Below are positions 10,819 through 19,757 of a stretch of 64,000 nt of DNA, in pieces. This DNA is from Gemmatimonadales bacterium. GTDB taxonomy: Bacteria; Gemmatimonadota; Gemmatimonadetes; Gemmatimonadales; GWC2-71-9. Below the pieces are notes generated by a model that saw only the letters and a list, made by a program, of their open reading frames with translations, was not told the DNA's origin and ran no database searches. Position 1 is the stretch's first letter; each line of letters starts with the position of its first letter. The stretch spans positions 2,400,001 through 2,464,000 of the forward strand of contig OZ252244.1 in NCBI GenBank assembly GCA_965249575.1. The letters run 5' to 3'. The translations under genes and the position numbers were made by a program.

Positions 10819-11976
10819 ATGCTATGTGACAGACGGGAGTTCCTCCGTGCGTCCGCGATCGGCGCGGTCGGCATCGGCGTGTCCGGAGTGGCACCGGCGT
10901 CCGCGGAGCCGGCGTTAGCGGGGCTCGCCCTTGGGGCGGCAAACCCATTGCGCATCTTGATACTCGGTGGCACCGGGTTCCTGGGACCGCACCTGGTTTA
11001 CCACGCCCTCGAACACGGCCATACGGTATCGATCTTCACGCGCGGGCGCACCGAGCCGCCCATTCACCGCGAAATGTTCGCTCGGGTCGAGCGGTTGGTC
11101 GGCGACCGCGAGAACGATCTGGCGGCGCTCCGGGGTCGAACCTGGGATGCTGTCATCGACAACTCCGCCAGACGGATTTCCTGGACGCGCGACGCCGCCC
11201 AACTCCTCGAGAACTCAGTCGGTGTGTATCTGTACACGTCGGGCAGGGGAGTCTACCTGCCCTATCTCCAATCCGGGATCACGGAAGACACTCCGGTCGT
11301 GATGGCGGACAATCCGCCCCGGGACCCACCGAGTTACGGAGTGATGAAGGCGGGTGCGGAGGCCGAGGCAATGAAAGCGTTTGGTGCCGAACGGACGATC
11401 GTGGTGCGACCCACCTACATTGTCGGCCCCGCCGACCGATCGAACCGATTCACCTACTGGCCGGCCCGGATCGAACAAGGGGGCGAGGTCTTGGTGCCAG
11501 GCAGAGCGGACGACCCGGTGCAGTACATCGACGTCCGGGACCTCGCGGAGTTCATGGTAGGGCTCTTGGAGCGTCGCAACGTTGGGACCTTCAACGTGGC
11601 GGGACCCTCCTCCACGCTCAGCATGCACGCCTTCGTGTACGGGGTCCACGCCGCGGTCTCGTCCGCGGTTTCCTGGACCATGGTCCACGATTACGATTTC
11701 CTGCGCGCCCACGAGGTGATGAACATCGTTCCCTGGATCATGCCGGTCGGTGAGAACTACGGCTTCGCGCGAATCAACATCGATCGTGCCAAAGAGGCCG
11801 GGCTGACCCATCGACCCCTTGCTGTCACCGTTCGGGATACGCTCGAGTGGTGGCATTCAGACGTCGTAACGGCGGAGCGGCGCAAACAGGCATGGTCCGG
11901 AGGTCCCGGGGCGTTTGCGTTAACGATAGAGCGCGAGGCGAGCATCATGCGGGACTGGAAACAGCGGGGGAGGTAG
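10819..11976 (+). CDS. Tat-exported NAD-dependent epimerase/dehydratase (extended SDR)
   Basis: Twin-arginine DRREFL, ILGGTGFLG, YGVMK (YxxxK), RPTYIVGP and IDVRDL. Confidence 0.9.
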   Translation: MLCDRREFLRASAIGAVGIGVSGVAPASAEPALAGLALGAANPLRILILGGTGFLGPHLVYHALEHGHTVSIFTRGRTEPPIHREMFARVERLVGDRENDLAALRGRTWDAVIDNSARRISWTRDAAQLLENSVGVYLYTSGRGVYLPYLQSGITEDTPVVMADNPPRDPPSYGVMKAGAEAEAMKAFGAERTIVVRPTYIVGPADRSNRFTYWPARIEQGGEVLVPGRADDPVQYIDVRDLAEFMVGLLERRNVGTFNVAGPSSTLSMHAFVYGVHAAVSSAVSWTMVHDYDFLRAHEVMNIVPWIMPVGENYGFARINIDRAKEAGLTHRPLAVTVRDTLEWWHSDVVTAERRKQAWSGGPGAFALTIEREASIMRDWKQRGR

Positions 11977-12023
11977 TCGATCCTCGTGAAGTCTTCACGT
12001 TCTGCTCGGCCTAGACCCGCGCC

Positions 12024-13103
12024 GTGACTGTCGCTGGCGCGCCCGGCCCCCTCAAGATCCTGATCCTCGGCGGAACGAGTTTTCTCGGACCGCACATGAT
12101 TCGTTACGCCCTCGAGCGGGGGCATTCGATCTCCACGTTCACGCGGGGCCGCACACCGCCCGCTCTCCACGAGGAGCTGTTCTCACACGTCGAGCCGCTC
12201 GTTGGAGAACGCGAGGGCGACCTGCAGGCCTTGAGGGGTCGGAAGTGGGACGCCGTCATCGACAACTCGGGCCGGTGGGTCTCCTGGACGCGCGACAGCG
12301 CGCAACTGCTCAAAGACTCGGTCGATCTCTACCTCTATACCTCCGGGAGAACGGTCTACACGCCGTACCTCGGGTCGGACATTACGGAGGACACGCCGCT
12401 CCGGATGCAGGATGACCCTCTGAGGGACCCGCCGACTATCGGGATCATCAAGGCGAATTCAGAAGCGGAGGCCCGAAAGGCATTTGGCGACCTCCGTACG
12501 ATCGTCGTCCGTCCCTCCTACGTCGTCGGACCCGCCGATTCCACGAACCGTTTCGCGTATTGGCCCGATCGCCTCGCGCGGGGAGGCGAAGTGCTGATGC
12601 CGGGCAAGAAAAATGACCCCGTTCAGTTCATCGATGTACGGGACCTGACGGAGTTCATGATCCGGCTCGTCGAGACCAGAAATGCTGGCACGTTCAACGC
12701 GACGGGACCGGGGTCCCGGCTGCAGTTGCACGGCTTCGTGGACGCGATCCGGGCAGCGGTCCAATCGGACGCTTCGTTCACAGAGGTAGAGGACTACGAC
12801 TTCTTGCAGCAGCACGGGCTCACCAACGTCGTCCCCTGGATTATGCCGGTCGGCGACAACTATGGATTCGCGCGCATCAACATCGATCGCGCGAAACGAG
12901 CTTGACTCACGCACCGGCCGCTGACGGACACCGCCCACGAGACCCTCGAGTGGTGGCACTCGGACGCCGTCCCCGAGGAGCGGAGGCGCGCGGCATGGTC
13001 GGGCGGGCCCGGGGGCTTCGCCCTGACCCTCGAGCGGGAGAGGGAGATCGCTCGGGCGTGGAAGAGGCGCACGGGGTCGACGGCGGGTGGCTGGGCGCGC
13101 TAG
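12024..13103 (+). pseudogene. Second SDR epimerase paralog, no Tat signal, in-frame TGA
   Basis: Closely parallels the upstream gene. TGA at 12903-12905 (AKRA*LTHRPL vs AKEAGLTHRPL); the frame continues to TAG at 13101-13103. Confidence 0.85.
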
Positions 13104-13230
13104 CAGCCTGGGTCCGCCCACGCCATTTTAGGAGGGTCGCCGCCTGCAACGCCCTGGAGGGTCGGTGCTGTCCTCGGTTCATGAGCTGCCTCGTCCCGTA
13201 AGCCAATCCCCCAACCCCGATGGAGTAGAC

Positions 13231-14180
13231 ATGGCCAAGAAAGTCATTGCGGTAGTTGGCGCGACCGGTGCGCAGGGTGGCGGTCTCGCTCGCGCGATCC
13301 TTCGCGACAAAGGCCGCGATTTTACGGCTCGCGCAATCACCCGGAAGCCGGATTCCGACAGGGCCAAGGAGCTTGCTTCGCAGGGGGCCGAGGTCGTGAA
13401 AGCGGACCTCGACGACCCGCCAGCGTCGAACGGGCATTCAACGGAGCGTACGGCGCGTTCTGCGTCACCAACTTCTGGGAGCACTTCTCACCCCAGAAGG
13501 AAACCGCGCAGGGAAAGACGTTGGCCGAAGCGGCAAGCGCAGCGGGCATTCGGCACGCGATTTGGTCGACCTTCGAGGACACGCGCCAGTACATACCGCT
13601 CGACGACGACCGCATGCCCACCCTTCAGGACCATTACAAGGTCCCTCACTTCGATGCCAAGGCCGAAGCGAACAAGTACTTCGCGGACTTGGGAGTGCCC
13701 ACCACGTTGCTGCTTACCTCGGGCTACTGGGAGAACTTCGTCACCTTCGGATGGGGGCCGCAGAAGGGACCGGATGGCGGGTTGTTCGTGGTGTTCCCGA
13801 TGGACGACGTGAAGCTGCCGTTGATCGGGGTCGAGGACATCGGCAAGTGCGCGTACGGCATCCTCCAGCGGGGCAACGAGTACATCGGCAGGACTGTGGG
13901 TGTCGCGGGCGAGCACATGACGGGTTCGGAGATCGCTCAGGCGCTGTCCACGGCTCTGGGAAAGCCGATCGCGTACAATGCGGTACCGGCGGATGTGTAT
14001 CGCGGCTTCGGGTTCCCCGGAGCCGACGACATCGGCAACATGTTCCAGTTCAAGCGTGACTTCACGGACGTGTATGCGAAGCACCGAAGCGTGGATGAGA
14101 GTCGCCGGCTCAATCCCGAGCTGAAAACTTTCAAGCAATGGCTCGAGCAGAACGCGGCAAAGATCTCGATCCCGGATTGA
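13231..14180 (+). pseudogene. NmrA/HSCARG-family NAD(P)-binding protein, frameshifted
   Basis: VVGATGAQGG, AFCVTNFWE and VPHFDAK. A one-base loss in a C run at about 13416-13418 is likely a sequencing error. Confidence 0.85.
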
Positions 14181-14269
14181 CCGCCGAACGATATGAGGGG
14201 GTGTAACGCGTCATCCAGCAACACGGCCTCGTCGGTGAGCACTGATGAGCGTAGATAAACCGCCGGTTT

Positions 14270-14520
14270 CTGGAGGTTCTCGTCGAATTGGCGTCGGTGA
14301 GCGCTGCTCGACGCGCACATCAAAGTTCCGTCTGGCCGAATCGTTTGCGATCGCCGGCAGCAGAGATCGAGCCCTGGACTTGCTGGAGCGGGCGGTTGAC
14401 GAGGGATTCCACGCTTATCCGTCCTGGCCGAGTATTGCCCGTTCTTCGAATCGCTACGCGGGACGCCGCGGTGCAAGGAGGTTTTGGCGAAGGCGGAACA
14501 ACGGGTGAGCGAGTCCCGCA
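14270..14520 (+). pseudogene. Decayed C-terminal remnant of a helical TPR-like domain
   Basis: Three frames together spell LDAHI-KFRLAESFAIAGSRDRALDLLERAVDEGFHAYP-LAEYCPFFESLRGTPRCKEVLAKAEQRV. This resembles C-termini of Ser/Thr kinase-TPR proteins; no N-terminus is present. Confidence 0.55.
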
Positions 14521-14555
14521 TGGGGAGAGTGGGTCCGGCTGTTGAAACGTACAAG

Positions 14556-14629
<74 letters not shown>

Positions 14630-14633
14630 AACC

Positions 14634-14716
14634 GACAGGGGGCAGGTTAGGTGGCAGGTGTCAGGTAGCAGCGGCGAATCATCCCTGAAACCTGGCACCG
14701 GAACCTGACACCTGTC
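14634..14716. repeat. Inverted array of about 7-bp units (nnCAGGT x5 / ACCTGnn x5) in a tRNA spacer
   Basis: GACAGGG GGCAGGT TAGGT GGCAGGT GTCAGGT ... CCCTGAA ACCTGGC ACCGGA ACCTGAC ACCTGTC. Confidence 0.75.
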
Positions 14717-14719
14717 GTA

Positions 14720-14793
14720 TCGGGGCGGCCGGACTTGAACCGGCGACCTCCTGCTCCCGAAGCAGGCGCGCTACCGGGCTGCGCTACGCCCCG
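14720..14793 (-). tRNA. tRNA-Pro(CGG)
   Basis: CGGGGCGTAGCGCAGCCCGGTAGCGC...TT-CGG-GA...GTTCAAGTCC. Confidence 0.95.
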
Positions 14794-14820
14794 TGAAACA
14801 ACCGTCTGGTGCTCTTTCCA

Positions 14821-14894
14821 TGCGCCCAGGAGGACTCGAACCCCCAGCCTTTTGGTCCGTAGCCAAACGCTCTATCCAATTGAGCTATGGGCGC
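14821..14894 (-). tRNA. tRNA-Arg(ACG)
   Basis: GCGCCCATAGCTCAATTGGATAGAGC...CT-ACG-GA...GTTCGAGTCC. Confidence 0.95.
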
Positions 14895-14964
14895 AATGTA
14901 GGAAGTAGAGGTTGGGTGGCACACCACTCACTCCCTGCTCGCCACTCACCACTCACCACTCCCA

Positions 14965-15038
14965 TGGGCGGTACTAGATTCGAACTAGTGACCTCCACGA
15001 TGTCAACGTGGCGCTCTAACCAGCTGAGCTAACCGCCC
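14965..15038 (-). tRNA. tRNA-Val(GAC)
   Basis: GGGCGGTTAGCTCAGCTGGTTAGAGC...TT-GAC-AT...GTTCGAATC. Confidence 0.95.
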
Positions 15039-15120
15039 GTAGAAAACGGTTGAAAGACGGTAGGGCGGCAGGGCGGTGGGAAGGTCGTGGACCTTTCCTT
15101 ACCGCTCTACCGCCCTTCAG

Positions 15121-15194
15121 TAGCGGGGGTGGGATTTGAACCCACGACCTCCGGGTTATGAGCCCGGCGAGCTACCAGACTGCTCCACCCCGCG
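15121..15194 (-). tRNA. Initiator tRNA-fMet(CAT)
   Basis: CGCGGGGTGGAGCAGTCTGGTAGCTC; anticodon stem GGG-CTCATAA-CCC; unpaired first acceptor position. Confidence 0.95.
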
Positions 15195-15211
15195 CCGATG
15201 ATCAGTCTTTA

Positions 15212-15220
15212 AATGTAGCA
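15212..15220 (-). promoter_or_regulatory. Extended -10 promoter upstream of tRNA-fMet
   Basis: TGcTACATT about 17 nt upstream of the tRNA 5' end. Confidence 0.5.
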
Positions 15221-15284
15221 TTCCTGCCCCAGGACCGCTGCTGGCCCCCGACCGGCCGGTCGTGCTAGGGGAGCAGCGGCTTAG

Positions 15285-15357
15285 AGCGGGAAACGGGACT
15301 CGAACCCGCGACCCCAACCTTGGCAAGGTTGTGCTCTACCAACTGAGCTATTCCCGC
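15285..15357 (-). tRNA. tRNA-Gly(GCC)
   Basis: GCGGGAATAGCTCAGTTGGTAGAGCACAACCTT-GCC-AAGGTTG. Confidence 0.95.
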
Positions 15358-15455
15358 GAGGCGAACGAGAGACAGTGACGAGGGAGTCAGGGCCTCCGCT
15401 CGCACCCTGTGAAGTCGCTGTGGCGTCCGTGCGTGTGATCCTGCGGCTGGTGGAG

Positions 15456-15528
15456 TGGAGGCGAGGGGAATCGAACCCCTGACCTCGTGAATGCCATTCA
15501 CGCGCTCTCCCAACTGAGCTACGCCCCC
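15456..15528 (-). tRNA. tRNA-Ala(GGC)
   Basis: GGGGGCGTAGCTCAGTTGGGAGAGC...AT-GGC-AT; G3:U70 pair. Confidence 0.95.
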
Positions 15529-15569
15529 GTGTGCAAGCGCCCCCGAGAGCCGCGCGCCGGGAACACGGC

Positions 15570-15598
15570 AACCTAGCCTTGCCCCAATAGGGTGTCAA
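15570..15598 (-). promoter_or_regulatory. Sigma-70-type promoter of the tRNA cluster
   Basis: TTGACA-N17-TAGGTT on the minus strand. Confidence 0.7.
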
Positions 15599-15718
15599 GC
15601 TTATTGTGAGGGCTTGTTGAACATACTGTTGGGGTGGGTGTATTCATAGCCAGAGCAGCGAAACTCCATGCGTCGGGCTCCGCGGCGGGCGGCGCGTAAC
15701 ACCATAAAAGGGAACGAG

Positions 15719-16612
15719 ATGGCTCAGGCACCAGAGCGAAAGAGGCGCCGCCGTCGGCAGGCACCGGTCTTGGTCGTTAGCGACGACGACCGCGATCTCC
15801 TCGACCAGTACCTCTACGAAGTCAGCAAGACGCCGCTGCTTACGGCGCCGGAGGAGATTGCGCTGGCGAAGAAGGTGCGCGCGGGTGATCAGGAGGCCAT
15901 GCAGGAGTTGGCTAAGCGCAACCTTCGCTTCGTCATCTCGGTCGCCAAGAAATACCAGAATCGGGGCCTTCCCCTGACCGATCTGATCGGCGAGGGCAAC
16001 GTTGGGCTGCTGACGGCTGCCCGGAAGTTCGACCCGGATCAGGGGGTGAAGTTCATCTCTTACGCCGTCTGGTGGATCCGACAGGCGATCCTCGCGTCGC
16101 TCGCGCGCCATGGACGGACGGTTCGCGTGCCGCTCAATCGCACGGCCGACCTGTCGAAGATCGTCCGGACCGCGGAGGCGCTCCGCCAGGAGCTTCGGCG
16201 AGAGCCGACGCCCGAGGAGATTTCGCTGGCGACCGGGCTTTCACTCGAGGTGGTTCAGTCACTGGCGGCTCTGAACACCGGCGAGGTTCGGCTCGACGCT
16301 CCCCTCGATCCCGACGGCGACCGGGCGCTCATCGAGCGCTTCATTGCCGAGGATCTGCCGGACACCGAAGAGCGGACGATGGAGCGGTTCTTGAGCGACG
16401 AGGTCGAGGAGGCGCTCCAGACCCTGCCGGCGCGGGACGCGAAGGTCCTGCGCCTGTACTTCGGGCTGGACGGGGGGCGTGAACACACCCTGGAGGAGAT
16501 CGGGGGCGTCCTCGGCGTGACGCGGGAGCGGGTCCGGCAACTCCGGGATCGCGCGCTCAAGCGGCTGCGCGAGGGCGACGTCGGGCGAGCGCTCGCGAGC
16601 TTCGCCGCGTAA
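15719..16612 (+). CDS. RNA polymerase sigma-70 factor, RpoD/SigA family, lacking region 1.1
   Basis: DQYLYEV (1.2), NLRFVISVAKKY, KFISYAVWWIRQ (2.3-2.4) and TLEEIG...TRERVRQ (4.2). Confidence 0.95.
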   Translation: MAQAPERKRRRRRQAPVLVVSDDDRDLLDQYLYEVSKTPLLTAPEEIALAKKVRAGDQEAMQELAKRNLRFVISVAKKYQNRGLPLTDLIGEGNVGLLTAARKFDPDQGVKFISYAVWWIRQAILASLARHGRTVRVPLNRTADLSKIVRTAEALRQELRREPTPEEISLATGLSLEVVQSLAALNTGEVRLDAPLDPDGDRALIERFIAEDLPDTEERTMERFLSDEVEEALQTLPARDAKVLRLYFGLDGGREHTLEEIGGVLGVTRERVRQLRDRALKRLREGDVGRALASFAA

Positions 16613-16643
16613 ACCCCAAACCGAGCCAGCAGTACACCGACCG

Positions 16644-16667
16644 GGGGCCCGTAAGGGCCCCTTGTTC
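16644..16667 (+). terminator. Probable terminator hairpin
   Basis: GGGGCCC-GTAA-GGGCCCC followed by TTGTTC. Confidence 0.6.
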
Positions 16668-16741
16668 GTGTCCCGTACCCCGCGTCCCCGTCGCTCGTTT
16701 CACCCTGGCTTCTTTGCCACGGGGCCCCTAGAATTCGCTGC

Positions 16742-17503
16742 GTGTATGATCTTGCGGCAGCACGAGTTGCCGGCTGGCTGAAGGCGGCTGGGCGCCTTGG
16801 CAACTTCCTGGCGGACGTTGCCACAGGCCTGCGGGACGTCGAAATCTGGTCGGGACTCACTGCCGTGCAGATGCGCCGCATCGGCGTCAACTCCCTGCCC
16901 ATCGCAGTGTTCATCGCGACCTTCACCGGGATCGTGTTGGCCCTCCAGTCATCGTATACCTTTACGGGTGCGGTTCCGATGTACTTCGTTGGGACGCTGG
17001 TCGGCAAGACGGTCATGCTCGAGCTCGGTCCGGTCCTGACGGGCCTCGCCCTGGCGGGCCGGGTCGGGGCGAACATAGCGGCGGAACTCGGTACCATGCG
17101 GGTAACCGAGCAGGTCGACGCCCTGGAGACGCTCGCGTACGACCCGAATTCCTTTTTGGTGGTTCCCAGGGTGCTGGCAGCCACCATCATGTTTCCTGCC
17201 ATAGTGGCGATCGCCATCGTGGTCGGGATCGTGTCGGGATGGGCGACCGCGGTGAACCTGCTTGACCTCTCGACGGTCGAGTTCATCAAGGGCCTTCAAT
17301 TGTTTTATCAGTTCAAGGACGTATGGTTCGGCCTGTTCAAAAGCATGTCGTTCGGGTTCGTCATTGCCGTGATCGGCTGTATCAAGGGGCTGAGCGTGCG
17401 GGGAGGGGCCGTCGGCGTGGGTCGGGCGGCGACCGAGGCCGTCGTGATGAGCGCCATGGCAATTCTCGCTCTCGATGCGTTTTGGGCGCTGATACTCCTT
17501 TGA
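16742..17503 (+). CDS. mlaE: MlaE-family ABC permease
   Basis: ELGPVLTGLALAGRVGANIAAELGTMRVTEQVDALE. Confidence 0.95.
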   Translation: MYDLAAARVAGWLKAAGRLGNFLADVATGLRDVEIWSGLTAVQMRRIGVNSLPIAVFIATFTGIVLALQSSYTFTGAVPMYFVGTLVGKTVMLELGPVLTGLALAGRVGANIAAELGTMRVTEQVDALETLAYDPNSFLVVPRVLAATIMFPAIVAIAIVVGIVSGWATAVNLLDLSTVEFIKGLQLFYQFKDVWFGLFKSMSFGFVIAVIGCIKGLSVRGGAVGVGRAATEAVVMSAMAILALDAFWALILL

Positions 17504-17522
17504 TCCAGGCGGGTGGGGCCGA

Positions 17523-18290
17523 ATGATCTCGTTCAGAGATGTGTACAAGCGATTCGGCCCGAAGCGCGTCCTCGAGGGCTTCTCGCTCGAGGTGCCAGAG
17601 GGCGAGACCATGGTCGTCATTGGGTATTCAGGGTCTGGCAAGAGCGTCGCGCTCAAGCACGTCGTGGGGCTTCTTGTACCCGATGCAGGCGCGGTGGAGG
17701 TGGACGGCCAGACGGTGCACGCGCTCGATCGCGACGGGTTGGCCGATCTCCGAGCCAGCATCGGATACGTCTTCCAGTTCGCCGCGCTGTTCGACTCGAT
17801 GACCGTTCGTGAGAACATCGAGTTGGGCCTCAAGCGGCGAGGGCTCACGAATAGGGAGATCGAGGAGCGCGTGCGTGAGTCGCTCGGTCTTGTGGATCTC
17901 GAGGACACCGAGCACCTATCCCCCGTCGAGTTGTCCGGTGGGATGCGGAAACGCGTAGCGATCGCTCGCGCGATCGCTCTCAAGCCGCGGTACATACTGT
18001 ACGACGAGCCGACCACGGGCCTAGACCCCGTCACGGCGGCGCTGATCAACCAATTGATGGTGAGAGCGCGCGAGAAGTTGGGAGTAACCGGTGTCGTGGT
18101 CACCCACGATATGACGAGCGCCTTTAGCGTCGGGGATCGCATTGCAATGCTCTATCACGGCGCCATTCGGCAGGTCGGCACGGTGGAAGCGATCCGGCAG
18201 ACACACGATCCCATCGTGCGCCAGTTCATCGAGGGGAGGCCGGAGGCCGCGTTAGAAGCCGACCATCCGGCAGCCGAGGCGGCGCGATGA
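17523..18290 (+). CDS. mlaF: MlaF-family ABC ATPase
   Basis: GYSGSGKS, LSGGMRKRVAIARA and DEPTTGLDP. Confidence 0.95.
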   Translation: MISFRDVYKRFGPKRVLEGFSLEVPEGETMVVIGYSGSGKSVALKHVVGLLVPDAGAVEVDGQTVHALDRDGLADLRASIGYVFQFAALFDSMTVRENIELGLKRRGLTNREIEERVRESLGLVDLEDTEHLSPVELSGGMRKRVAIARAIALKPRYILYDEPTTGLDPVTAALINQLMVRAREKLGVTGVVVTHDMTSAFSVGDRIAMLYHGAIRQVGTVEAIRQTHDPIVRQFIEGRPEAALEADHPAAEAAR

Positions 18291-19291
18291 AGCGCCGGGA
18301 CGAATTGGTCGTGGGCATCACGATGCTCGTGGCGCTCGCCGTCGTCGTGGGTGGCGCCTTATGGCTCTCGCAGACGCGCGTCGGCGGCAGCGGGGCGTTC
18401 TACAATGCGCGCTTCCGAACCGTGGGCGCCCTCGGCGTTGGCGATCCCGTCGTCTTGCGAGGGGTCCGCGTGGGACGTGTCAGCGAGATCAGACTTGGTG
18501 CGGACGATTGGGTCGAGGCCCTGGTGCAGGTGTATGACAACGTCGCGCTTCCCCCGCGGCCGGCCGTGATCGCGGCTTCGGGTTCCCTTTTCGGCGAATG
18601 GCAGGCGAGCATCATCTCGCTCGACCAGCCGATCAGCGATCCGAACATCCGCCGGGATCTCGCTGAAGCGGAGGCTGTCGGGGGAGCGTGGCCCGGCGCC
18701 ACCCTCCCGGACATCGGTCAGCTGACGGCCCAGGCGGGACGGATTGCGTCGGACATCGCTGGGCTCGCGTCGCAGGTGCGAACTGCCTTCGATTCGACCG
18801 CCGTGGTGCAGTTGCAAGAGTCGATTCGCGATTTCGGGCGCGTCTCAGACCAGTTGGCCAGCTTTACCCAGCAGCAGACGGAGATCCTCGGCGAGGTCGG
18901 TGGCAACCTGCAGCGGGGATCGAACATCTTGAGCGACGCCGCGCGGAGTCTGCAGGTCTCGCTCGCTCGGGTCGACTCCGCCACGGAACAGGGGCAGCTC
19001 ACCAGCATACTCACCAACGCGCAGGTTGCGTCGGAGGAGATGGCGGTCGCCGCGAAGGACTTCCGGGAGTTGATGGGGACGGCGAGCTCCAGTCAAGAGA
19101 GCGTTCAACGAATTATCGAAGGCGCCGATTCACTCATGACTCGGTTACAGGATCGGATGGGGACGATCGGCCTGCTGGTCGGCGACACGACGCTCTATGT
19201 CGAAACCACCCGTGCGGTGATCCAGCTGCAAGAGCTGCTCACGGACATCGAGGCGAATCCCAGAAAGTACTTCAAGTTCTCGGTGTTCTAG
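18287..19291 (+). CDS. mlaD: MlaD/MCE-domain protein with helical extension
   Basis: N-terminal TM segment, GDPVVLRGVRVGRV and C-terminal DIEANPRKYFKFSVF. Confidence 0.9.
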   Translation: MKRRDELVVGITMLVALAVVVGGALWLSQTRVGGSGAFYNARFRTVGALGVGDPVVLRGVRVGRVSEIRLGADDWVEALVQVYDNVALPPRPAVIAASGSLFGEWQASIISLDQPISDPNIRRDLAEAEAVGGAWPGATLPDIGQLTAQAGRIASDIAGLASQVRTAFDSTAVVQLQESIRDFGRVSDQLASFTQQQTEILGEVGGNLQRGSNILSDAARSLQVSLARVDSATEQGQLTSILTNAQVASEEMAVAAKDFRELMGTASSSQESVQRIIEGADSLMTRLQDRMGTIGLLVGDTTLYVETTRAVIQLQELLTDIEANPRKYFKFSVF

Positions 19292-19292
19292 G

Positions 19293-19757
19293 GTGGGCCG
19301 GCGGCGTGCTGAACGGGAAACGAGCGCTGGCGGGGTCGTGTTCCGGTGCGTCGACTTGGAGCCGGAGTACCTGCTCATCCTGGATGGGCACGAGAATTGG
19401 GGACTCCCCAAGGGTCACCTCCATCGGGGGGAGCAACCCGTCGATGCGGCGAGACGGGAGATCATGGAGGAAACGGGGCTTGAGGATCTCACGCTACACG
19501 GTGAGCTAGGGGTCACCGACTGGTATTTCAAGGCCGGCGGGCGCCTGATCCATAAGTACTGTCACCACTTTCTGTTCGAGTCACTCCGCGGCGATCCGGT
19601 ACCGCAGCGCGACGAGGGGATAACCGTCTGCCGTTGGATCGGTTGGGAAGCCGCCCTCGAGACGCTGACATTCGAGAGTGCTCAGTCGATGCTCCGCCGC
19701 GCGGGCGAGGGGGTTCCGGCCCTCTGTCGCGACCGGGCGCTGGACGAAGAGGTGTAA
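19293..19757 (+). CDS. NUDIX hydrolase (Ap4A hydrolase-like)
   Basis: SAGGVVF and Nudix box WGLPKGH..GE....AARREIMEETG. Confidence 0.92.
   Translation: MGRRRAERETSAGGVVFRCVDLEPEYLLILDGHENWGLPKGHLHRGEQPVDAARREIMEETGLEDLTLHGELGVTDWYFKAGGRLIHKYCHHFLFESLRGDPVPQRDEGITVCRWIGWEAALETLTFESAQSMLRRAGEGVPALCRDRALDEEV

Noticed and set aside
1..14555. Integrative element at tRNA-Arg(CCG)
   Set aside because: There is no integrase or transposase. The only match I noticed to the tRNA 3' end is 9 bp near 8132, which is expected by chance.
14630..15120. CRISPR array
   Set aside because: The units are 7-8 bp without unique spacers, and there are no cas genes.
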